Origin: Eledone cirrhosa
Taxonomy: Eukaryota
DNA: 64,000 nt
Reading direction: 5' to 3'
Assembly: GCA_964016885.1 (NCBI GenBank)
Contig: OZ024752.1
Coordinates: 37,696,001-37,760,000, forward strand
The translations under genes were made by a program, and so were the position numbers. The notes below the pieces were generated by a model. It made no database searches and had not been told where the DNA came from. It was given only the letters and a program-made list of their open reading frames with translations. Of the stretch, positions 28,212 to 40,281 are shown piece by piece (position 1 is the stretch's first letter; each line of letters opens with the position of its first letter).

Positions 28212-28314
28212 GTAAGTATTTTATTTTTCTATATATTTCTCCATCATGCAGTCCACAGCTGACTTGCCTCCCTTTTTTCTTCTTTTTTTTTCTACCTTTT
28301 ATCTTTTTCACTAG

Positions 28315-28385
28315 ACAGTACGCAGACTTAAAGTTGTTGAACATGAATTAGGAATTGCTGAAGAAACCAGCTTACATAATAAAAG
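28315..28385 (+). CDS. TPM: Tropomyosin alternative exon 5b (divergent)
   Basis: Long polypyrimidine tract then tag|; exactly 71 nt: TVRRLKVVEHELGIAEETSLHNK(R/S); donor AG|GTTGGT; keeps R167, L169, E173, L176, A179 and E180. Confidence 0.8.
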
Positions 28386-31131
28386 GTTGGTTATTTGGTA
28401 TCAGTCTTGTCGGAGAAAGGAAAATGATATATGCTATCAGACCTGCTAAACATTGATCTCCTGGCTTTATTATGCCAGAGACTGCTTCAATCATACCAAC
28501 GTTAATTTTCCACACAAAAAAAAACCAACCTTGAGTAGCTTTCCAAGTTGATTACTTATGATCTTTGAAACTGTTGGACTGTGAATGACACAGTCAGAAA
28601 GCTGTAGAAATATGATACACAACATCTTAATGGATGTTTAGTTATCAATGATTATAAATCATTTAGTTATATTTAGTTCTCTCAAAAATTATAACTCATT
28701 TCATGTAAATTTGAGAAGAGAAAAATGTGTTCATGGAATTCATTTTTATTTTATCTTTTTTTTTACATTCAGCTTTAGATTTATATTTTAGTTGATTTGT
28801 TTTTATTTTTATTTTTATTTTTATTTATTTTTGTTTATAGTTTAGCAAATTTTAATTCAAAAGTTACATTCTTTTTTATTTATATATTTGTTTATTTATT
28901 ATTATAGTAAAATTGATTATGTCTGCATATTTTTTATTAATTTTTTTAAAGCAATCTGATGTTTTATTTATTTGCTATGGAAATCTTTCGGATTTTTTCT
29001 GCATCTTGTTCTTTCTCAATTTTATGCTAACCATTATTGTAGTCACTAACTCCATTCCTTTACACTCTTCCAACTTCAATGTAGAGACTAGTTAACTGTG
29101 CTTGGATTTGCTACCATTTGTGGTAAGAATTAATGCTGGAAATTAAAACCATCATAGACAAATTAGACTTTACTAATGGATCATGGTGCTGTCTGATAGC
29201 ATGTTCCATTTGCATAACATTTTCTCTTCCCTGCCATTATCTTCAATTTGAAATGAAAGAAAGAAGCAATAATCTTTGCAACTCTTACAGGTAATTCAAT
29301 GTAATTTCTAATCTAATGTTAATAAATTACATTGATACATTGATTTCTAATCAAATTAAATTCCTTATTATGGTATTTGATTACATTGTTCTTTTAGAAC
29401 TATACATTAACAGTTTGTGTGAATATTTCATTAACTATTTCTGCTTAGATATTGCCTGCCAATCTAAAATATCAATAAATTCCCTTATGTAGTTTTACAG
29501 ACTTTATCTGATGGCAGCAATATTATTGGATACAAGTCAGAGTTTTGTCTGACATCAAATATTATTGCTTCTTTTATTTATGGAAATATTTTCTACAAAT
29601 ATTTCCATTTTCTTTTTCTTTTTTTTTTCTTTTTTTTTTTTCCTAATAAAAAAAAAGAAATCTTAGAATGAGTATTTACTTTCTGTCAAAAGACTTAAAT
29701 GAAATGTTACACATTTAAAGAAATATATATATTGTAAAAATAACTTTTTATATATATTTGTTTAATACTCATTGTATGATTTTTATTTTTCTCAATATCT
29801 TTCTCAAATCCAAGATAAAACTTATTAATGAACAACTGCTCAGTAAAGAGAATTTTTACAAATTTCTCTCTATATATACTATGAAGTATACTGAGCTATA
29901 CATTTGGGCTTTCCATCAAAAAATATATTTTCAAAATATGTTCTGGTGTTTTCTAGAAAAAAACTATATTTTCAAAATATGCCCAGGTGTTTTCTAGAAA
30001 AAAATCTTTCTAGATTATACTGAATAAAAAGAGTACTACATTATATCTATATGATATACCCTTGCCTCATAATTTGTTGCTGTTAAAGTAGCATTCAGTG
30101 CCTTATGCAACAATATTGCAAAAAAAAACATTAAAAGGGTTGAATAATATTAGATTATTTTTGTCTTAGTTTGCATTTTTACTAATTCTGCTATTTAATA
30201 TCACCATAATGCTTTGCTTCTTTCAATAGCAACAACTAATGTTCTATTAACTAATTGATTAAAACTAATTCTACTAATTAAAGTTGGATGATAACTTTTA
30301 ATTTAGTGATAAATCTTTGAACTCTTTCAGAATTCACCATAAAAGTATTAAAAAATGGTCCAATATTGACCATTTTCTACATAATTCTTCTCCATTTTCA
30401 AGTTCAATGACATAGGTTGCTGAAGGATAGGTGAATTCACACCTGTGTTCATATCCTTTCATCTACCTAACATTGACAATATATATATTTACATATATAC
30501 ATATTGGAAATCAAATTGGTGAAATTAAATTCTTCAATGAGGGACTTATATTATTGTTTATCATCCAGCTTCTTTTAGAACATGATTTCTCTAACTAAAA
30601 AACTCCACAAACCATGTTGTCCCACCTATTTCATGCTTATCTTAGACCTACTTCTTCAGCTTTCACACCCACTCCACTTGCTGCCTTTCTTCATATTCCC
30701 CTTAGCTTAAAATTTTCTCCCCTCCCTCCTTCCCACTCTTCAAGACTTTAAAACATACCCTTTTCAGTTTTAATTCATTTTAAAACTTTCCAAGTTTTAA
30801 AATATTCAACTCCTCCACACCCCATAAATGATAGTTTATCTGTAAGAAACTTATTGAAATTAACTTTGATTTGGGTGACACACATGGACTAATTCTGTTG
30901 ACTGACACAATTATTTCCCCCATTATTGATAAATGTTTTTATGTAGATTTATTTAAAATATTTTGGCTCAAAAATTCTTTCCACAAATAATTTTTGGAAA
31001 CAAATTATACTTTCATATATATTTCATTAAAAAGAATCAGAAAAATTGAATAGTCTTCAATGGACATAACAAAAAATAAAACTATGTGGAATGTACAAAT
31101 TGTTTGTTAAAAACTCACCAAAGTTATCTTA

Positions 31132-31339
31132 CCCTTTAGCATTTACATTACTCTATATTTACTATTATATTTTCACAGTAAAGGCTTTACCTCACATAAT
31201 AACGAATCTATGAGATTTTGATATTATTTATTTTGAGAACACTACCTTAACATCAGTATAAGCGGCTGGTTACAGCCAGTTTGAACAGAACGAGGTCAGA
31301 GAATTCTGGCTGGATATAGCCGGTTTAAATGCTAAAGGG
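31132..31339. mobile_element. piggyBac-type MITE
   Basis: TIRs CCCTTTAGCATTTA / TAAATGCTAAAGGG with TTAA on the right flank; same family at 57073 and 61389. Confidence 0.8.
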
Positions 31340-31544
31340 TTAATAGGAAAAATTCTATAGTACAAAGAGTTCCATGTCAAGTTATCATTAATGGAGCTCT
31401 TTGTTGTCATCTACCCTCCCGATATAATCCTGTGTCAGTTAGCTGATTTTTTTTTTTTCTTCCGCTGGCAAGCCTTCGAAAGGAAATTACTAGTCAGTTT
31501 TCCTAGCATGTGACTGATAGCATGTGTGCTGTTGGATTTTATAG

Positions 31545-31620
31545 GCGAGCAAAACAGTTGGAAGATGAAATGAGCCAAATCAGTAGAAATCTCAAATCAC
31601 TACAGATTAAAGAAGTAGAG
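31545..31620 (+). CDS. TPM: Tropomyosin alternative exon 6a
   Basis: tag|, 76 nt: RAKQLEDEMSQISRNLKSLQIKEVE; donor GAG|GTAAGC. Confidence 0.9.
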
Positions 31621-31875
31621 GTAAGCTAGTTGTGGTAACTTGTTGGTAATGTTTGATGTTTTACTAATTAGTTCTCTTTTTAGAAGTCTTCCTACGAATC
31701 ATTATCAATATACAAGGATGCAAAAATATTTGAAGAAACTTGTAAGATTTTGGGGGGGTAAAAAAAATTAAAATTAAAATTTTGAAAATCTTACAGGTGT
31801 TTCAAATATTGTGAACACTTGCAATCCTTCTATTTTGATACATGGTGATTTTTTTTTTTTTTTTTTTTTTTTTAT

Positions 31876-31906
<31 letters not shown>

Positions 31907-32118
31907 GTACCTTGTACAACAGAACAATTTATTAGAAATCTCAATTGGCTTTTTCTTCTCTCTGTTGCTGGTTCTGATTTGGCTGCCTAAGAAGCTGTTT
32001 TGGCATAATGCTGGTTGTGGGCATGCACTGCCTGGACTAGAAACTTCATTGGTCATCTATTTGGCTATCCCCTCCCCCCTTCAGATAATGATCCCTGTTT
32101 TCTCTTATGCCATTACAG

Positions 32119-32194
32119 CAAAAGGCTTGACATTGAAGAACAGCTACATGTAGTTGGTAATACTTGCAAAACAATTGAGGTCCAATGCGAACAG
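32119..32194 (+). CDS. TPM: Tropomyosin alternative exon 6b
   Basis: cag|, 76 nt: KRLDIEEQLHVVGNTCKTIEVQCEQ; donor CAG|GTAAGG. Confidence 0.9.
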
Positions 32195-32255
32195 GTAAGG
32201 TGCCAATGGGCAGGTCGCAATGCTATTTCTGATCATTCTGCATTCTGTATTACAG

Positions 32256-32331
32256 GAAAATCGTAGAGTTGGAGGAAGAGTTGAAGGTTGTGGGCAACAA
32301 TATGAAATCACTGGAGATCAGTGAGCAAGAG
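32256..32331 (+). CDS. TPM: Tropomyosin alternative exon 6c (canonical muscle form)
   Basis: cag|, 76 nt: [25 protein letters not shown]; donor GAG|GTAACG. Confidence 0.97.
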
Positions 32332-32606
32332 GTAACGCCACACCTGCATGGTGTTGTTCGATGACGTCAACAAGCTTGAAGCCTCTTGCATGATGAAAAA
32401 AAAATATATTAAAACTTCAGCGCTTTTACATTTTCCCACCCTAAAATGTAGATTCAAACAATTTTCACAATAGTCTATTAACTGTCTGAAATTGATTATT
32501 TTGAAGTGGATGGCCTTAATATATTAATTATATACTGGGTTTTGAAGATATAATTGAAGCCTTCATAATTTTGATACATGTGGTAACTGATGACAGTGTG
32601 TTGTCA

Positions 32607-32802
32607 ATGAAAATCTATTTGGTTTTTGTTTAAACCTATATGAAAATCTATATGGTTTTTGTTTAAACCTATATGAAAATCTATATGGTTTTTGTTTAAA
32701 CCTATATGAAAATCTATATGGTTTTTGTTTAAACCTATATGAAAATCTATATGGTTTTTGTTTAAACCTATATTGAAAATCTATACAGTTTCCGTTTAAA
32801 CC
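32607..32802. repeat. 33-bp minisatellite (5 copies plus a degenerate 6th)
   Basis: Unit ATGAAAATCTATATGGTTTTTGTTTAAACCTAT. Confidence 0.95.
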
Positions 32803-34596
32803 AACCATTAAGCTGAATCCACTAGATACATCTGAAATTTAAGCTTTAGCATATTTCAAAAATTCTGTACAACTTTTTAAATATACTAGTTTCTCCGAGT
32901 AACCGATCATTTCAATAATAAATGATCATAGCCTGTCATTTGTTAAAATATGTAACCAGACATATTAAAGCTATCTTAAGAATGAGATTTCTTTTCCATA
33001 CATTATATTTATTATATATATGTACATATATAATGTGTAATGTTCACAAAATTTACTGTAAAAACGTATTATAAAAGCATCGACAGAGTTTGAAAAGTTC
33101 ATACATTTGATATATCTTTGGAAATTACATATCTATATTCAATCTCATTCTCCTCCTTTGATATGGACTTGATTGCAAAACAGTTATAACTTCTAAATCT
33201 TAGTATTTTAATATTTTTTTGCTTTAGATATATTATTTTCTCTGGTGGGGTCATATAATTTCTAATGTTTTAGACAAGAGCTTGCTTTTAACTTTTGTAT
33301 GAATTGAAAGTCATTTTATTTGAATGACTTTTATATTTAATTTTAATTTTTTTTTTTTTTCAAAAAGCAACCAATCCCTTTAATTTTACTGAATAGAAAA
33401 TTATGCTTGGATTTTCTAACCAGTTACTGAAACAGGCTTGTGTTAGGGAATTTTATATAATTAACTTTTTAAAAAATAGACAACAAAAAAAACATCGTAA
33501 CTCCTATATAAGAAACACCAAATTTATTGTGTGGTGTGCTTAAAACCAACCAAAGTGTGATTTATTCAATGATTAATCCCATTTTTCAGCTGTTGATAAC
33601 AGTGTTTGAGATTCAAGTTATACTGCAGCAAATCTTTATATAAATTTCATAGAATTTAAAATATCAAACAGAAAATAAAAAAAATAAAAATATCAAAGTT
33701 AACAATTGCAATTGTGATATTTCCAAAAATGTATATTCTGCTAATTTCTTGGGTCTCAAGCATCAGTCCCTATTTGTAATATTGTAGTGTGAGTGTCTTG
33801 TGGACATCAAAATTGAAAGTAAAAAAATTCTATTTAATGTTTGTATTTCTGTCAGGTCTGTTAGTCTGTCTGTCTGTGTGAGGGTGGGTGTGCACGTGTA
33901 TGTACTTACATTCACTCAAACATGCATGGTTGTGTGTATACATACATGTATATATGTATATATATATATGTATATATACACACACACACATGCACATGTT
34001 ATACATAGAAAATATGTACAGTGGCATCACTTAATTTAAAGATAGGTATCCTAATCATTAAATGTTAATTATTTCTGTTTATGTATTCACACTTCAGACT
34101 ATATATATATAGTGATTTTTTTTTTTACTCTTAAATTATCTAAGTTTAAACAAAGATATTGGCTTCATGCAGTTGTTGACAGTAATGTCATTTGATTTAA
34201 GAAGATTTAAAACAGAAATTTTTCTTTCAACAAAATGGAGTGTCTATATTAATTAATTGAGAAGAATAAAATCCTATGGTTTTAATATCTGGTCAGGTAA
34301 CCAAAATATTTCAAAACAGAATCACATCTATAAGGCATTAAATCTAAATATATTGAATGTATCAGTTCGTCCTTTTATTAATTATTTTCACAGCTGCCCT
34401 AATTAAGGACAGTGGAAATAGCCACCAGTTTCATTAGTCTAGTGAGCAGCTACTGAACATCCAGCTTCAGCAGGTATCGTCCCCCAAAAATTCGGCTTTG
34501 GTTTATACAGTTGAGCAATTCTTGGTGATAAACCTTTTCATTTACCCATCACAACATATCTTAGGAAAATAGTTTGATATTTAGATAGCATACAAT

Positions 34597-34880
34597 ATTA
34601 TCATCATTGTTTGATGTCCATTTTACCATGCTACCATGGATTGGACGAGTTGTCCCATTGTGAGAAAAGTCAGATCAGGTGACCATGTCTTGCTCATATA
34701 GAACTGATTCTGGTTTGGTTTCTATGGCTGGATGCCCTTCCTAACACTAACCACATTTACGTGGACCAAAACGACCAATTGACAGGTTGGACTGGGTACT
34801 TTTACATTGTGTCGCCAGCGCAACCACCTTACAGGGTGAACCAGGTGTTTTTTGTTGTCACCAACATGACCACCTTGCAT
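34597..34880 (-). mobile_element. RTE 3'UTR / RTE-tailed SINE remnant
   Basis: ttctatggctggatgcccttcctaacac motif shared with 17690 and 27130; related pieces at ~190-370, ~16790-17060, ~46985-47150 and ~51960-52300. Confidence 0.65.
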
Positions 34881-35254
34881 TAAAAATTTTAATATTCTTT
34901 GAAAATGTGGTTTTTTTAGGGGGCTTTATTTCATGCTTAAACTTACATCGAGTAAAAGAAAATGTTTCTTTAATATATATATTTGGAATTTTAAGTGATA
35001 ATAAGTAGAACTGATTAACATTTAGTCATGAATATACTTTTATCTTTAAACTAAGTGATGTGACTGTATAAACAATTAAAATTTTCCCCATTTGGTCCAC
35101 TTGACATTTTTTTTTTTTTTTTGTGCATGACCAACTTTCAGACAGTACAATTGAAACAAACTCAAATATTTTTCTATGGATTCGTGCCTGACAACTTCAA
35201 GTAATTCTCTTTGGGTTGTATTTATCATTAGAGTCAATACTGTCAAACTACAAT

Positions 35255-35600
35255 CATTTAAACTACTGGCAAACTTCATATGTAGAGCATGGGTGCTGTT
35301 GAACTTTGCTCATAGAGTGAATATGCTGGTGAACTTGAGTCATAAAATAAGGTTACTGGCATACTTCATTCATAAAGTGAGGGTACAAGTAAGGGGGATA
35401 GTGAACTTTACTGATAAAGCAAGGGTACCTACAAACTTCACTCATAAAGCAAAAGTACCACCAACAAACTTCAGTGATTAAGCAAAGGTGCCACCAGCAA
35501 GCTTCACTAATAAAGTTAAGCTACAAATGAACTTCTCTCGTAAAGCCAGGTTATCAGTGAAATTCACTCAAAGTGAGGATACTGGCAAGCTTCACTCTTG
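35255..35600. repeat. Degenerate ~30-bp minisatellite (~11 copies)
   Basis: Recurring AACTTCACTCATAAAGCAAGGGTAC-like unit. Confidence 0.75.
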
Positions 35601-36044
35601 GAATGAGGGAATCAGCTCACTATGCTGTTCAATAGCATTCTTTTTTTTTTTAACCTTTACTATATCTAAGAATCCATTCTTATGTTTAGTAGTTGACTTG
35701 TTTCATTTGTATAGCTGATTTCTAATATAATTATGAATCTTGTGCATTAATAATCAACTGGATCTTAACATTAAACTTGTATTATAAATTTAAATATATT
35801 AAAGTAAATACATATTTGCAGTTTTCAGTTCTCTTACATTATTTATTCATTATAAATTTTTCCATCCAACTTCATTCCTTCAAATAACTAAAACCTTTTA
35901 TTAATTATAAAATAATAGATAAATAAATAAATAAATAAAGACTTTCTGCAACATTGATTCTTAAAGTTTGATTTTTAGATCCAGGTGTTAATAATTGAAA
36001 ACTGTTGGTTATTCTGTTTGCTTATATGGACTTATGTTTTCTAG

Positions 36045-36107
36045 GCCTCCCAAAGAGAGGACAGCTATGAAGAAACTATTCGAGATCTGACACACAGACT
36101 GAAGGAG
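36045..36107 (+). CDS. TPM: Tropomyosin exon 7 (single copy)
   Basis: tag|, 63 nt: ASQREDSYEETIRDLTHRLKE (includes conserved E218); donor GAG|GTGAGA. Confidence 0.97.
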
Positions 36108-36547
36108 GTGAGACTTTTTTTCTTTTCTTAATAACTATTCTCATTGGAATTATCTACTTTTATCTTAATAACATCAGCTCAAAATCTACCAAAGAAGCTG
36201 TAATATAAACATACATATAGTTTATTGACCATGGCCTCTTGTTTTTCTTTGAGACTTGCATTCTTCAAATCTTACATTGATGTCCTGAGAATATTTTAGT
36301 GTTACCTGCTAACATTAAAATTGAAACCTGTGTAGATGCTAAAAGGATGTGAAGTGTCATTTTTGAATTGTCACTTGATGAAAATTATATATATATATAT
36401 AATGGGTATGAATCGAAGTTGTAACTGTCATATATATATATAAAGGAATTCTCATTTGGAGAGATACATATGAGATGTATCTTTAATAAAGCAAGCATCT
36501 CAGCTAACAGGAGGAACTTTTGTCTGCCATTATTTTTTTATCTTGAG

Positions 36548-36731
36548 GGCGGTGGATTGGTAGTATCGGTAGAGGGTCGGACGCCATGCTTTACAGCATA
36601 GTTACGTCCCTTTACAATCTGAGTTCAAATCCCGCCGAGGTTGACTTTGCCTTTCATCCTTACGGGGTCGATAAAATAAAGTACCAGTAATGCACTGGGT
36701 AATTGCTGGCCTTGTGCCTAAAGTAGAAACA
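36548..36731 (+). mobile_element. tRNA-derived SINE with Nin/Deu-like domain and 19-bp TSD
   Basis: B box GAGTTCAAATCCC, then GACTTTGCCTTTCATCCTTACGGGGTCGATAAAATAAAGTACCAG; TSD ATTATTTTTTTATCTTGAG at 36529-36547 and 36732-36750. Confidence 0.88.
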
Positions 36732-37975
36732 ATTATTTTTTTATCTTGAGCAACATCCTTATGATGAAATGATAAACATCTTTGCCTAGAAGATTTGGGC
36801 TTCTGCTCTTTGAGGTGCATAAAGAATCATGCATATTCTAAAACCCTTTATGTTGAAAGAACCAAATTATTTTGATAGAAATATGGTCACAAAAGGTTTT
36901 TTTCTTTTTCTCTTTTTTTTTTTTTTTTTTTTTTATATCAAGTTTCAAATTTTAATAACTAATTCTGAAATGTAAAAGATATTATATAGACAATTTTTAT
37001 AATTATTGATTTGTTTTTCTTCTCAGCAGCACAGGTTATTTCACAATATAGTAGTTTCAAATTTATATTCCTTTAACTTAAAATTAAGGTTATGTTTTCA
37101 ATTCTCTGATGTTTCTTTAGAAGAATTCCATCAGTTTCTTTAGAAGACATTCTTTATTTAGGATGTAATCTATAATGAGTTTCAATTATTATCATTGAAA
37201 ATATTATTGATTTTCATTTCTCAAAATTAGTTCTAAGCAAAAAATCAATATTTTGACAGATTCTTTATTATATTCTTCAGCAATAGATTTGACATTTTAC
37301 TGTTCTATTGCACAATCAAACAACTTTTCTAAAAGATTACTTGGTATCTCTATTATGGAATGATATGAACCCATAGGGGCTCCATAGTAGCATGCACTGT
37401 ATCTAGGGCATTTTAAAACCTGGGGGAGTCCTTCTCCTCTCCAGGTCTGAACATGGCAGATTTCTTCCAGAGAAGGATAAAAAGAAAGGAAGAATTAAAT
37501 AATACATAATTCATTATAACTTTATATGATGTATTTATACCATGAAGTTGTGACATGTTTACTGGTTATCAGATGAGACACAATGTTTTAATGGATTAGA
37601 TCCTTGCCACTGATTTATGGTAGCTTTTGTATTGTCTCACAAAGAAGATTAAAGATTATTTGCTTCACTTTATTCAATGAGTGAGCTGAGCAAATTCAAC
37701 TACAATACACTGCCATCTTATCTCATTTATTTAATGAGTTGTTTTAATATTCAAATGCTAACCAAACAATATTTTGTTTATTGTTTTAAAACTTACATTT
37801 GAAGAAGAATATGCTGGAAACTTAATTTTGTTAGGTGTAATTAATTGAAATGTTGTTGAAACATTTTTCTCTAGATTCTGCATGGAGAGTTGTTCTTACT
37901 TTTCATTTCATTTGTTTGTTTATTTATTTGTTCTACATGGTGTTTCACTGGCCTCCTGTCTTTGTCTAATGCTAG

Positions 37976-38045
37976 GCTGAGAACCGTGCCGCTGAGGCTG
38001 AAAGAACTGTTTCCAAGTTGCAGAAAGAGGTTGACAGACTGGAAG
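37976..38045 (+). CDS. TPM: Tropomyosin exon 8a (canonical)
   Basis: tag|, 70 nt: AENRAAEAERTVSKLQKEVDRLE; donor AAG|GTATTG. Confidence 0.97.
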
Positions 38046-38271
38046 GTATTGTCAAAGACTGTGTGTCTTTGCTTGTGTGTGTTTGGTTGTCCTTGTTGGT
38101 ACAACAGAGCTGCTATTGCTGTTTTAATTTAGAAAAACTTGGCAGCTCTCTATCACAGATAGTCTCAAATAACAGCAGACATTATTGTTGTATTCACTGC
38201 TAACTGCATGTATAAAGTTAAAATGCATGGCTTTGGTTGTCTTATAGATGTGATTCTAATTAATTTATTAG

Positions 38272-38341
38272 GCTGAAAATCGTACAGAATGTGCTGAGCG
38301 CGAATGTAACCTGTTACATAAAGGAAAAGAGGTGTTAGAGG
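38272..38341 (+). CDS. TPM: Tropomyosin alternative exon 8b
   Basis: tag|, 70 nt: AENRTECAERECNLLHKGKEVLE; donor AGG|GTGAGT. Confidence 0.9.
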
Positions 38342-40192
38342 GTGAGTATTGGTGCCATGAAACCCTGACATAATATCTACTATTTTATTCCTTACTTGAA
38401 AAGAAACGCGGCAACACCAGTATTTAAATATAAATTTATTTCAATTAAATTTGCTACGGTGACAAATGAAAATACATTAATTTTATTCTTAAAGATGCTT
38501 TCGAAACAATCAGAGAAAATAATAAACATCTATTAGATAGGTCTGTTGTCAAACATGCTCTTTACAATATTTTGAAAGAGGGATTTTAAAATATATCCAC
38601 AACAATGAACTGTAGTAAAAAGAAATAATAATATGTACAAGTCAGGCAAATGATTACTTGTATATAAGATTTGGCTTTAACTAGCTTTTGTGATGTTTTA
38701 TTGTAATTTCAACAATATTTGTTATATTTTATAGCTAGAAGTTTTATAGTTAAATGAAAAGAATTTTTGAAACGTAGTAAGAAAAGAAAAGAAAAGAAAT
38801 ACATACGCATGTGTTGTGTTAAATATTTCAGTTGTTGTTAGGCATGTTTTGTTTTAGTTGTTGCCTTTTTTGACTTGTGAAGTGAATTTTTATAACATAC
38901 ATTTTTGTAATAAAACAATTGCTGACATTTGTAAAAGCTGATTGCTACTTAACATAGGATTAAAAATTTTTTTAATTTTCCTAATAATTTCAAATATCTT
39001 TTAATATAATCAGTGTTTCTGTTATGGCAGAAACCTTCATTAGACTTTTATGTTATTTGTCAGCTTCTGTTTATTGCATTAATGACATATTGAATTTAGT
39101 TTGTTGATGCCTACTAACATCGACAAATGGGCTACTTTCTGGACAAATGTTAACATGACAGCTTACTAATTGGTCAGCATAGGTTCTGTTTAAACGTTGG
39201 GCATAGGTTATTGGAAATATAATATAACAGTTGTCACTAAAACACTTCTTGATAAGTAGTTTTCTTCAGGTTTCACTGAATAGATTTCTGGTACTTAGAA
39301 TGGTAGGAGACATCTTGGAATTATTATACAAAGTTTGAATAACTCTTCTATCATTTTTCTGTGTTGATTATCAGTTGGGTATGTCTATAAGTTTAGAGAT
39401 CTGATCTACGGACATGTGGTTAGAATGTCTCAGTGAGATGCTGTTTTTGAAAAAGGTTCAAAACTATTTTATGATATGACAATGTCTATGTATTAAAATA
39501 AAATTCCAATTGTATTATGTACAATAACTAGACTGATAGTAATAGTATATTTATATGCAGCGCCTTATTCCTGAATATGTACAAGTGCTCCAGGCTGTAT
39601 TCACACTTAGTCTATCTTTCTTAACAAAGAATGGTATCATATCATTATTGCCACCACAGTTGGACATTCCTGACACAGTCTCTTCACAATTCATGATTTT
39701 GTATTGCTCCTAGCAACTGCTCCTTACTGAATTTTTATATCGTCTGAGAGTTGATCGATGAAGGTTCGAGCAGGTCTTCCACCTCTGCATCTCCCATGAG
39801 GTAGTTACCACAATACTAAACTGTGTATAACTTCCTGCTTACTTCTCCAGTAATGTCCTGCAATTCATAATTGTCTTTGTATATAATGTTAGATATAGGT
39901 GTGTTACAATACACATATTTACCTGAAGGATAATGGCCTGAAAAATTGTCATCTTAATAGCAATAACTTATCTCAAAATACCTCAGAAATATAGACATAA
40001 CTAATTCTAAATAACATAAAATACTATCTATGTAGATTTAGATTGAATTTTTTTTTCCTCAAGCTCAATTTTTAAGTTAAAATTTTAACGGGGTTGGGAC
40101 ATTAATCTCTCTAACTGCTGGCTAAATGGTAAGTTGTCATGTAATATGCATGACTTGCTTTGTGTGATTCCTGACCCATTGGCATGTTCCAG

Positions 40193-40281
40193 GCGATTTG
40201 GAGAAAGAACAGCTGAAGACTAAGAAGCTGCAGGAAGAGATGCAACAGACTTACATGGAGATTCATGAACTTATGCAGTAA
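40193..40281 (+). CDS. TPM: Tropomyosin alternative terminal exon 9a (non-muscle-like C-terminus)
   Basis: Branch-like cctgac then cag|; phase 1: (G)DLEKEQLKTKKLQEEMQQTYMEIHELMQ*; heptad pattern aligns with exon 9b. Confidence 0.9.

Noticed and set aside
32607-32802. 33-bp repeats resembling a CRISPR array
   Set aside because: Units abut with no unique spacers, there are no cas genes, and the context is a eukaryotic intron.
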